This document shows, piece after piece, positions 1-11,100 of a stretch of DNA of 64,000 bases. The stretch covers positions 10,301,200-10,365,199 of the forward strand of contig CM082593.2 in the NCBI GenBank assembly GCA_040954595.2. Direction: 5' to 3'. The position numbers and the translations under genes are program-made. The first letter of the stretch is position 1. Each line of letters opens with the position of its first letter. Below the pieces are notes generated by a model that was not told the DNA's origin, ran no database searches, and saw only the letters and a program-made list of their open reading frames with translations. This stretch comes from Balanoglossus misakiensis (lineage: Eukaryota; Animalia; Hemichordata).

Positions 1-1482
1 AGCATTCAATGGTCTAGTGGAACGGTTCAATGGTACATTGAAACTCATGCTCAGGAAGATGTGTGAGGAACGTCCAACATATTGGGATCGTTATCTGAAT
101 GCTTTACTATTTGCCTACAGAGAAACGCCTCAATCGAGCACAGGATTCTCTCCGTTTGAATTACTTTATGGGAGGAGTGTGCGTGGTCCAATGGCTATCT
201 TGAAAGAACTATGGACTGGAGAGATCAGTGAACCAGAAACCAAAACGACTTATCAATACATCCTTGATCTTCAAAAGAAATTAAAGAAGGCATGCGATTT
301 AGCAAGACAAGAACTGAAGATATCACAAGGCAAATACAAGTCCTACTACAATAGAAAGGCCAAATGGAGGAAGTTCAACAAAGGTGACGAGGTGTTATTG
401 CTACTACCTACTGACCATAATAAACTACTTATGCACTGGAAGGGTCCTTTTCCAGTGGTGGAGAAAGCGAGCAATATGGATTACAAGATTGACTTTGGTC
501 ATAGGGTGAAAACATTCCATGCCAACCTGTTGAAGAGGTACTATCGAAGAACTGATCAGCTAGATGAAGTATCAGCTGGACTTCTTGAGATTGTGTGTGT
601 ATCTGTGATAGATGAGCAGAGTTATGAATCTTCAGAAGTACAAGAGAACACAGGGGTTAAAGTAAACGATGACTTACTGCGGGTTCCTGCATTCAAGCAG
701 AAAGAATTTGCTGCAGATGTGAATGTATGTGACAACTTGTAAGACATACAGGAGCAAGTGGTGAGGAGGTTGCTGATCAATTACAAAGATATGTTAACTG
801 ATATTCGTGGTAACACCAACCTGGGTTTCCATGACATCAAGTTGATGGATCCAACACCAGTATGCAGTAGGCCATACCCCATCCCTCATGCACTCCGTGA
901 AGCAGTGAAAGATGAAGTCAAAACGATGATTAAGATGGGAGTAGCTGAACCTTCAGAGAGTCCATATGCTGTTCCATTGGTAATGGTGAAGAAATCTGAT
1001 GGGTCCAATCGTTGTTGTGTTGACATGAGAAAGCTCAATCGCATAACAGTGTTTGATGCAGAGCCTACACCAGACCTGAGTGAGCTTTTTGCTTTTTGCT
1101 AAGTTATCCAAGGATCACTATTTCACTAAAGTAGATCTCAGCAAAGAATATTGGCAAGTCCCGTTGACTGATAATTCTAAACAATTGACGGCATTTATCA
1201 CGCATGATGGGCTATACCAATTTATCAAAATGCCTTTCGGACTTGTAAATAGTGCTGCGACTTTTAGCAGAATTATGAGAAGATTGTTAAGAGATATGAA
1301 GAACGTAGACAACTATATCGATCACATACTGATCCACACTGCATCATGGGAAGAACATATCAAGACAATTACAGATTTGATGAGCAGACTACGAAAGGCA
1401 AAGTTAACAGCGAGACCAACTAAGTGTTATGTGGGTTATGAGCAGATCGATTTCCTGGGTCATGTGGTTGGTCATGGTGAAC
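1..1482 (+). mobile_element. Decayed Ty3/Gypsy LTR retrotransposon pol fragment with integrase upstream of reverse transcriptase (Gmr1-like order)
   Basis: 17-742 encodes the integrase core end (ERFNGTLK, LLFAYRETPQSSTGFSPFELLYGR) and a GPY/F motif (WKGPF). 758-1482 encodes RT motifs (RPYPIP, SPYAVPLVMVKK, CVDMRKLN, DLSKEYWQ, MPFGL, YIDH, FLGHVV). Lesions: in-frame TAA at 740-742, a 7-bp duplication frameshift near 1084-1098, YIDD>YIDH, and truncation before RNase H. Confidence 0.92.
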
Positions 1483-1589
1483 TAGTCCTGTTTCAAAATG
1501 ACCTACATTACAGGTCCTATGCACACGTATTACATGTTCTGATTGGTTTATCCACTTCTCTAAGGTCCACTTGCGGCTCGCTGATTGGA

Positions 1590-1845
1590 GGGACCTTATG
1601 TGTTAGGTCTTATTACTATGTATTATTCACCAGACCTTGTAGGTTAGGTCTTATTACAATGCATTATTCACTTTACAGCTCCCTGATTGGTTAATGTGTA
1701 GGTCTGGTCCTCCAGTGTTCACTGCCTCATTATGCAGGACCTTGTAGGTTAGGTCTTATTAATATGTATTTATTCACCATACAGCTCCCTGATTGGTTAA
1801 CGTGTCAGTCTGGTCCCCCCCCAGTGTTCACTGCCTCATTGTGAA
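1590..1845. repeat. Short tandem repeat, ~105-bp unit x2 plus a partial copy
   Basis: gaccttgtaggttaggtcttatta...cagctccctgattggttaa...ccagtgttcactgcctcatt begins at 1633 and at 1738; a partial copy lies at ~1592. Confidence 0.8.
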
Positions 1846-2826
1846 ATGTCCCATGTGCTTCCTGGCTAGCGTTGTGGTAACATATTATTCGGGGTGTCCG
1901 CAGATCGTTCATTGATTTTCTGAGAAATAGCCTAACTGATACTATCTCCAACATAAACCGCACCCTGGAAAGATTAAATGATCTTTTAGGTGGACTTTGA
2001 AAATCTGATTAACTCATCTAAGCATTTTAGCTAAGTTGTATATTTTTTAATTATAATCATACAAAATACTTAAAAAATAAAAACAATGTTCAGTTTTAAT
2101 ACCCACTGATGAGGGGAAACATCAGTTTCAAATTCTTTTCATGGGAGCGCTTGAGCAGAGTTATGAGTTTTGCTCTGTGAAAGAAAATGGGGGGATTTCA
2201 AAATTTTGGCAGTTCGGAAGGGGGATTTCAAAATATTTCGGGTTGTGAAAGGGGGGGGGGCATGTGAAAATTAGCGGTAAAAGATGAATCCCCCCCCCTC
2301 CAGAGGTGTTTGTGAATGCAGCCTAAGAAAGAAAAAATGTGAAATGGGTCAAATATGGGCCGGACGTGCCCATTCAACTCAATTTACTTTTGTTTGCTTT
2401 AAGTAGGAATTGATCACAGCTATATTTATTTTGGACACCTGAGCGACAAGAAAACAATCTGATTCTACATTTTAAAAAGCGTCATTGGAAAAGCACTGCA
2501 ATTTTGTTTCTTGCTTTAAAAAAGTTTGGGGTGGCATGTAATAATTAAGGTGTGTCTAAATTACTAATTTGGTGCACCTCAAAGCCCTTAGCCAATGTAA
2601 ATTATATCCTGCATTGTATTCATGAAGGATATCCTCCCGCGAGGTCAATGCCATTCAATGTCAAACAGTCTCAACAAAGACCATTGGACACTCATAGCCG
2701 TTTTGTATGAAAGTGACTGGAGTACGAGATGAGTTTCATGACAACAACAAATCATGCTCAGTCTCGCTGCAGGGTCTATAATTTCAATAACGGCTAGACG
2801 CTGGACACTATCTTAGGTAACACTTT

Positions 2827-2882
2827 AGGGTCATAGTGCTGGAACGACATGTTTAAACAGGTCGTTCCGGCACTCTGACCCT
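2827..2882. repeat. 56-bp near-perfect palindrome
   Basis: agggtcatagtgctggaacgacatgttt / aaacaggtcgttccggcactctgaccct: 28-bp arms, 3 mismatches, centred on GTTTAAAC. Confidence 0.85.
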
Positions 2883-3376
2883 TTCGGCCCCAGTCGTTTC
2901 AGCCCCCATTTTCCACGACCCAAGTCGTTACAGCCCGGACAGTAACACCCCAAACATTTCAACACTTATCAGGGAAGACCTTAGCCCAACTATTAAAACT
3001 TGGCTTGAACCTACTTAAGTTCTCCGCATGAAATATGAGCGAGCGTTGTCAGAGGACGACAGCTACGCACACTTTGGGCGTGACCGAATCAAACAGAATT
3101 GAATATTCTATATTCGGAAAAAACACCTTATCTCCGTTTTGCCGTTGACAAACCGATTTCTGTCATGACAGTTACTCCCGGGGACTGTGACAGACCATAT
3201 ACAGACAGTAGAGGCCGCGCGCTGGGGGTCTACACAAGTCACTACAGCTGATGTAAGCAAGTACAACATGCTTTGCTTGCAGGAATGTTCCATTTTCAAT
3301 AGAGGGGTGTGTATATTCAGAGGGAATGTCAGTCGGGGCCCTGGCTGGCAACATGCGGCGTATATATTGACAATCT

Positions 3377-4304
3377 TAGCCGGGAGACCAGGGCGTCGAT
3401 CTAAAATACAACGCTCGGGGACAGTCGAGCAAGTCCTGCTGAGCTGAAAGATAGTAGTCTTGGCAACGATCGAGGTCGCTTAGTAACAAATGGATAACGA
3501 GTGATCTATCAAATGTTGACGGGCGCCAGTGGTTGGATGATATAATTAAAGGCACGTAAGCTGTAACTGGATAAAAAATTAAAGTTTTAAATAATCTCAT
3601 ATATGCTTTTAATTATGTCTATTAAATGCTATTTCATGATAATATATCAAGCTCAACACTTATTTATGACAAAATGGCCAAAAATTAAAGAAAAACGAAA
3701 ATTCCTGCAATTTTAAAAAAAGCGCAATATTGCAATTAAAAATGAAAATCTGATGTCTCAGTGGTGTACATTTACTTCCATGAGCTCAAGTGGATGAGAT
3801 CATGTTTTGTTTATGAAGTTTCACAACCGGAAATGCAACATTTTCATTGTTTCTTGCATTTTCCCACGGTGGCGGCCATAATCGCTTGCGGCAAAGCTTT
3901 ATTATTTATCTGGTTAAAACTTGCATATGCACTCATACTTAGGGTTTATAATGCTTGTGTATTGTTCACTACCTTCATCTGTATGGACTAATGGTAGTGC
4001 AGTTTGAAACAAAAATTATGAAAATTATCCCAAAAGTTACACCTTACGTGCCTTTAACAAAGCTTGGTTATGAATATTCATACACCTTCAAAACCACTCC
4101 CACATCCCATCGCGGGAATTTCACACATGACTCCACCTCTATTTCCTTATTTAGAAGGCGACGATGTCATGTGGTTAACATTGAGTGACCAATTAGCTTA
4201 CACGCAAGATTTACCACACGTGTCGTTCTACGAACAGAATTCTGTTCGTAAATAGAGACTGTCCCCGGGCGTTTCTTTTCCCCGACGCCCTGGTCTCCAG
4301 GCTA
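3377..4304. mobile_element. Non-autonomous DNA transposon with TAG..CTA ends and a 9-bp TSD (AcademH-like)
   Basis: TIRs tagccgggagaccagggcgtcg (3377) and cgacgccctggtctccaggcta (ends 4304). Perfect direct repeat TGACAATCT at 3368-3376 and 4305-4313. The family is inferred from termini and TSD length only. Confidence 0.85.
3550..4053. mobile_element. Non-autonomous TTAA-target element (Kolobok-like), nested in 3377-4304
   Basis: TTAA at 3546-3549 and 4054-4057. TIRs aggcacgtaagctgtaact / agttacaccttacgtgcct (1 mismatch). Purine-purine termini fit Kolobok rather than piggyBac (CCY). Confidence 0.85.
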
Positions 4305-4615
4305 TGACAATCTCGCTGATAGGCGCAGCTGGAATTTATGTTTCTGTGGTATGATTATTGTATTTTATCAATGCACAATCACGATGGGCGAGTTTCAAGC
4401 AAGCAATTGGATTCGCTTCAATCCCTCACTAAAATCTAGACTGCACCACTGTATAATAACACAATACAGTCTTCTAGCCTCATGGTATAAACAGGAACTC
4501 TTGTCTGCTGGACATCCGGGTACTTTGGTCTACTGAGTGAACGCGTTACGTATAGAGGTAGCGCAAAGTGAAAACCTATTTAAGGCAGCCACAACAATCA
4601 GTGTTGACGTACATA

Positions 4616-4720
4616 CAATCTGACTAAAATCGCAGTTGGTATGACGACAGCATACTAATAATACTGTACCACATAAGTAAAAGACGTCGTCGTACCATAC
4701 ATCTGATTTTATTCAGATTA
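4616..4720. mobile_element. Small foldback MITE, aatctgattaaaatcagatgta family (degenerate copy)
   Basis: Ends caatctgactaaaatc... and ...tacatctgattttattcagatta; related to 4980-5090 and 58286-58376. Confidence 0.6.
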
Positions 4721-4737
4721 CTGCATATTTGCATATA

Positions 4738-4944
4738 CTGTGAAACAAGTTATTTTCGCGAGCAATACATTTTCGCGAGATACGTGAGAGCCAAAATGGT
4801 ATGAAAATAAGAGGTCGCATAATTATTTTTGAAGATAACGATGCAGTGAATGAAATAAGAGAACGCGAAAATTAATACTCGCGAAACAGTAGCCTCACTC
4901 GATATCGTGAAAATTTCAACTCGCTAAAATAAAGTGTTTTACAG
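4738..4944. mobile_element. TA-flanked MITE (Tc1/mariner-type)
   Basis: TA|ctgtgaaacaagttattttcgcgag ... ctcgctaaaataaagtgttttacag|TA, with internal repeated cgcgaaa/tttcgcg motifs. Confidence 0.75.
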
Positions 4945-4979
4945 TAGTTTATGTATGTAAAGTGTTCCTGATGTTAACA

Positions 4980-5090
4980 CAATCTGATTAAAATCAGATG
5001 TAGGCCTAGGGAATGGCGACGTAGTTTTTTGATGCTGCGACAGCATAAAAAACACGTCGCCGTTCCCTACATCTGATTTTAATCAGATTA
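4980..5090. mobile_element. Small foldback MITE (almost fully palindromic)
   Basis: aatctgattaaaatcagatgtagg...ggcgacgt...atgctg / cagcat...acgtcgcc...cctacatctgattttaatcagatt; flanked by an imperfect direct repeat containing gttaaca. Confidence 0.8.
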
Positions 5091-8000
5091 GCGTTAACAT
5101 AACTTTATCAGAATAAGTTAACGCCATAACTTTGACAGAATAAGAGTTGCCTCAAACGGCTCTAACCGAATTTCCATTAATAGCAGAACAAACAAGCTGT
5201 AATCAATACGCCAACCTTTAAAATATTACTTTAGAAAGTTTGTATTCATACTTTCTTCAAGTTGTCATAACGCTAACCCGAAATGTGTTTTAGTATTGCC
5301 TTTGTATTAATGGGCTAGATTCATGGCGTTATATGTCATAAATTAAAAAGACAACCCTTATTGTTTTTGATAATATTTATGTCGGAGAATCCACAATGAA
5401 AAATATGTATTTTCAATTTCATAACTCAAAATAATTTCCAAATCCATGACCTTATTTTCAACTCCAGTGATCGTACATCCTGAACCTTGTTCCAGTAAAT
5501 GATTGGTCATTACAGGGTTAATGGGCACTCTCCCGTTCTCTTCCTCCGCAGTTTCATTCATGTTCTTGTTTGACGGAAATGGGTGTGACCAGACGCTTGA
5601 ATGTTTTCATGTGGGTTGAGTTGTTCATCGGGAACGGCCTCCTGGTGTGTCTGTACAGGTACGCAAGGAGAAACTGCCCACAAGAAGCTGCGAGTGAAAC
5701 TATTTAAGGTAGTATGTGCCTCGCGGTCCGAGATTCAGACAAATGATAGTCCTCAAAACTTTTTCAAGTAATTGATTTACTAAAGTGTGTGGTGAGTCTC
5801 TTTGAAAACAACAACAATATTACTCATCATATTGTAATTTTTTGAAACTATAAAATGAAGTTGACAATGCACCAAACAGATTCTATTTATTTCTTCATGA
5901 CCATGTTCACCCCAAGGTCATATGGACCTGCAAGTATATGCCAGAGCCAGAGTCGACATTACCGAAGCCAGAGTTTAAAGCTTACAGGTCACCCCTTGCC
6001 AGCTCATGACTAGCTAAACTGCCATGGATGCCAAGAGATATATGACTACGGTAACCTGTAGATGGTTTCAGTATGTTTGAAGAAAGTGGTGGCGCACTTT
6101 TGGCTACATTTGAAATGGCTATGGTACCAGTGGTTGAATTTGCAAAGGTGACCTTTGACCTGGCATCTTTAAAGATATTAAAGAACGATTTACCATTCCT
6201 TGTTGTCGTAAAATGACATCTGTAATAACTTATATTTTATCTGTTCATCTTGAAGTACTATATATTTAAACGCCAATTTTCCATTGCCAATCAAGTTTTT
6301 ACAAATAAATTGTAATATGCATGTTGATTTTACAAAAACTCCTTACTTCCAAGTGAATTCTGTTACACATCACGTAACTATTTTCCCCACGAATTCTTCA
6401 GTTGCTAACTCGGAAATTTCATATATTGGGCAGAAATTGGATACATTACCCAGCCATTAAAATTACAGTTTTCTATTTTAATTGATCGTCCATAACTTCA
6501 AGTACTTTGACTTGACATACATTAAAAACATCATGGTGAATAAATAAAAATTATTTGATTATCTAATTGTGCATGTTTACATGGTTTTATTTTAGTATGC
6601 TGGGTACTTAATGTCTAATGGCTCGCTGATTTTATACTGTTCAAGATGACAATCTAATTTTAGTTTTCAGCTGATAATTGAAATCAATGATTCAAAAAAA
6701 TTGAATTTTGACATGAATAAACTTCTTGTTCATGGCAGTTGCTGTGTTTTGTTTCATTTGTATTCAATTTTTGCAAGCATACCATTGAGCACAGTTTGAT
6801 TTGATTAAACACGTTTATCGGAAAATTTTGTCATTTGAAATATCTGTTTTTGCGCCCTCTACCATTTGACCAAATGATTCTCTTATTTTGGTGGCCTTTG
6901 TCTGTGTATATGAGAATACTATAGTACTCTCGCATCGATCATAGTAGAAGTTGAAAACGTCTCTTGCCACGTGGCCTGGAAGAAAGGCGATCTTTAGAGT
7001 AAAAAAAACAAACTATCCAGATAGGAAGCTAGAAAAGAAGTTGAATCGTTGAAATTTTATTTATTTTATATTGTTAATATCGTTGGTGATGTTGACTGGC
7101 CGACAATCTTTGTCACACGAGTCTTTTCAGGCAGATTAAAACATTGCCTATTCCAGCAATAATCACAACAGGAGTGTGTCACACAGGAGACAGTTGGGAT
7201 TATAGTCATAATCTACCTTAGTTTGTTGTCAACAACCAGATGTGGTCGCATTCCGTGCATCCGTGCATATTTTGGAACAACGACTCTATCGAACAGACGT
7301 ATTTCAAACACCTTGGAGAAAAACATCGATGACCAGTGGAATTGACTGTCGCTTGAAATCCGATAGGAATACACCTGTTTACGGTGGACGATACCGACAC
7401 TCCTCTGCTAACTTAATCTGCTCTGCTAACTATACCTGCTTTGATTAAGTTGCGTCTAAAACTTTCCTTACAATACAATGTGGGTCTCGACTGTCGGTCC
7501 CAACTATAGCGACGACAGCCTCGGTATGTTTCGCCGATAGCAATCCGGAGATGAAATTTGCATACAGCAATATCTTTCAAGATAAATAATTTATGTCCTA
7601 AAGGTATTACTTTTAGTGGTCTGACGGAGACGTTTTCTGCTGTAACATGCAAAACCTGCGGCGGACCTGAGGTCATGTTGCGAGCACTGTAGTTTTGTTA
7701 CGCCCGCCATCCTTCGGACGTTTACCTCATCGGGGCTTCTTTGGGGAATCAGCCACGTCCGAAGGGTGAGAGTGTAAATTCTCTCCCTCTCCTTCTCCAC
7801 CCAACATATTCATAGAGTCAGAGAGAGGTACCCGGCATATCGTAAACTTAACGAGAGGCATAACGAGACTTTCAACAAGTTTTCCGAGTAACACAAATAG
7901 TTCTGGTTTATTACTGGTCACACGTAAGAATTACACGACTCTATCCATGCTCGTTGACTCCCGTCACGGATCTCCGGTGATAATAATGTGATATCAAATT

Positions 8001-8154
8001 TCATCACCTCTTATTAATACGTTAGTCAAGTATTATGTCATAAAAGGAACACGTCATCTTAATATTTCTTAAACATGAACTTAGCGCGTGATATCTCTAT
8101 CTCGTTCTGACATGTATCAATTACACAATCTTGTTTACTCTGAGTGAAGTACCT

Positions 8155-11100
8155 ATTTTTTTTGATGATTTTCACCGTTTTTTTTTTTCAAAAATCGACG
8201 AACCCATGATTTTTTTCAAAATCGACGAAATTTTGAGATTTTGCAGTCGAAAATTTGTCATTTTGTTGATTTTCACCCATGTTTTTTTTAAACAATCGAC
8301 GAACCCATGATTTTTTTTCAAAATCGACGAACTTTTGAGATTTGGAAAATCGAAAATTTGTCATTTTTTGATGATTTTCACCCATGATTTTTTTACAAAA
8401 ATCGACGAACCCATGATTTTTTTCAAAATCGACGAAATTTTGAGGTTTTGCAAAGTCGAAAATGTTTCATTTTTTGATGATTTTCACCATGTTTTTTTTT
8501 AAAAATCAACGAACCCATGATTTTTTTTCAAAATCGACGAAATTTTGAAATTTTGCAGTCGAAAATTTGTAAATTTTTGATGATTTTCACCCATGTTTTT
8601 TTAAAAAATCAACGAACCCATGATTTTTTTTCAAAATCGACGAAATTTTGAGATTTTGCAAAGTCGAAAATTCACCCATGTTTTTTTTCAAAAATCGACG
8701 AACCCATAATTTTTTTCAAAATCGACGAAATTTTGAGATTTTGCAAAATCAAAAATTTGTCATTTTTTGATGATTTTCACCATGATTTTTTTCAAAAATC
8801 GACCAAATTTTGAGATTTTGCAGTCGAAAATTTGTAATTTTTTGATGATTTTCACCCATGTTTTTTTTTCAAAAATCGACGAACCCATGATTTTTTTCGA
8901 AATCGACGAAATTTTGAGATTTTGCATTCGAAAATTTGTCATTTTTTGATGATTTTCACCCATGATTTTTTTCAAAAATCGACGAACCCATAATTTTTTT
9001 CAAAATCGACGAAATTTTGAGATTTCGCAAAGTTGAAAATTTGACATTTGTTGATGATTTTCATGAGCTATAGCCCATGATTTTTATTTCAAAAATCGAC
9101 GAACCCATGTTTTTTTTTCAAAAATCGACGATATTTTGAGATTTTGCAAAGTCGAAAATTTTTCATTTTTTGATGATTTTCACTCATGATTTTTTTCAAA
9201 AATCTACGAAATTTTGAGATTTTGCAAAGTCGAAAATTTGTCATTTTTTGATGATTTTCACCCATGATTTTTTTGAAAAAATCTGCGAAATTTTGAGATT
9301 TTGCAAAGTCGAAAATTTGTCATTTATTAATGATTTTCACCCATGATTTTTTTCAAAAATCGACGAAATTTGAGATTTTGCAAATTCGAAAATTTCTAAT
9401 TTTTTGATGATTTTCACCCATGATTTTTTTTTTCAAAAATCGACAAAATTTTGAGATTTTGCAAAGTCGAAAATGTGTCATTTTTTGATGATTTTCACCC
9501 AAGATTTTTTTCAAAAATCGACGAAATTTGAGATTTTGCAAAGTCGAAAATTTGTCATTTTTTGATGATTTTTACCCATGATTTTTTTTTTCAAAAATCG
9601 ACCAAATTTTGAGATTTTGCAAAGCCGAAAATTTGTCATTTTTTGATGATTTTCACCCATGATTTTTCTCAAAAATCGACGAAATTTTGAGATTTTGCAA
9701 AGTCGAAAATTTTTCATTTTTTGATGATTTTCACCCATGATTTTTCTCAAAAATCGACGAAATTTTGAGATTTTGCAAAGTCGAAAATTTGTCATTTTTT
9801 GATGATTTTCACCCATGTTTTTTTTCAAAATTGAACGAACCCATGATTTTTTTCAAAAATCGACGAAATTTTGAGATTTTGCAAAGTAGAAAATTTGTCA
9901 TTTTTTGATGATTTTCACCCATGATTTTTTTCAAAAATCGACGAAATTTTGAGATTTTGCAAAGTCGAAAATTTGTCATTTTTTGATGATTTTCACCCAT
10001 GATTTTTTTCAAAAATCTACGAAATTTTGAGATTTTGCAAAGTCGAAAATTTGTCATTTTTTGATGATTTTCACCCATGATTTTTTTGAAAAAATCTGCG
10101 AAATTTTGAGATTTTGCAAAGTCGAAAATTTGTCATTTATTAATGATTTTCACCCATGATTTTTTTCAAAAATCGACGAAATTTGAGATTTTGCAAATTC
10201 GAAAATTTCTAATTTTTTGATGATTTTCACCCATGATTTTTTTTTTCAAAAATCGACAAAATTTTGAGATTTTGCAAAGTCGAAAATGTGTCATTTTTTG
10301 ATGATTTTCACCCAAGATTTTTTTCAAAAATCGACGAAATTTGAGATTTTGCAAAGTCGAAAATTTGTCATTTTTTGATGATTTTTACCCATGATTTTTT
10401 TTTTCAAAAATCGACCAAATTTTGAGATTTTGCAAAGCCGAAAATTTGTCATTTTTTGATGATTTTCACCCATGATTTTTCTCAAAAATCGACGAAATTT
10501 TGAGATTTTGCAAAGTCGAAAATTTTTCATTTTTTGATGATTTTCACCCATGATTTTTCTCAAAAATCGACGAAATTTTGAGATTTTGCAAAGTCGAAAA
10601 TTTGTCATTTTTTGATGATTTTCACCCATGTTTTTTTTCAAAATTGAACGAACCCATGATTTTTTTCAAAAATCGACGAAATTTTGAGATTTTGCAAAGT
10701 AGAAAATTTGTCATTTTTTGATGATTTTCACCCATGATTTTTTTCAAAAATCGACGAAATTTTGAGATTTTGCAAAGTCGAAAATTTGTCATTTTTTGAT
10801 GATTTTCACCCATAATTTTTTTTTCAAAAACCGACAAAATTTTGAGATTTTGCAAAGTCGAAAATTTGTCATTTTTTGATTATTTTCACCCATGATTTTT
10901 TTCAAAAATCGACAAAATTTTTAGATTTTGCAAAGTCGAAAATTTGTCATTTTTTGATGATTTTCACCATGATTTTTTTTTTAAAAAATCGACGAAATTT
11001 TGAGATTTTGCAAAGTCGAAAATTTGTCATTTTTTGATGATTTTCACCCATGATTTTTTTCAAAAATCGACGAAATTTGAGATTTTGCAAAGTCGAAAAT

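Noticed and set aside
1483-1694. C-terminal part of ORF 1080-1694 as an RT/RNase H continuation
   Set aside because: Similarity to RT ends at FLGHVVGHGEL; the rest is read-through into an unrelated tandem repeat.
2185-2326. G-run-rich segment ending gtgtttgtgaatgcagcctaa, possible Harbinger MITE end
   Set aside because: No matching opposite TIR was found in the window.
5358-5700. Possible terminal exon on the minus strand (SLAASCGQFLLAYLYRH...ETAEEENGRVP)
   Set aside because: It looks coding-like but needs a frameshift, has no clear acceptor and shows no recognisable domain.
5704-7221. Another TTAA element starting ttaaggtagtatgtgcctcg
   Set aside because: The left end is plausible, but the only candidate right end (atctaccttag, ~7211-7221) matches poorly, so boundaries cannot be supported.
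7218-7960. Higher-GC segment with several short overlapping ORFs
   Set aside because: All frames contain stops and no motif was recognised; it may be a decayed element.
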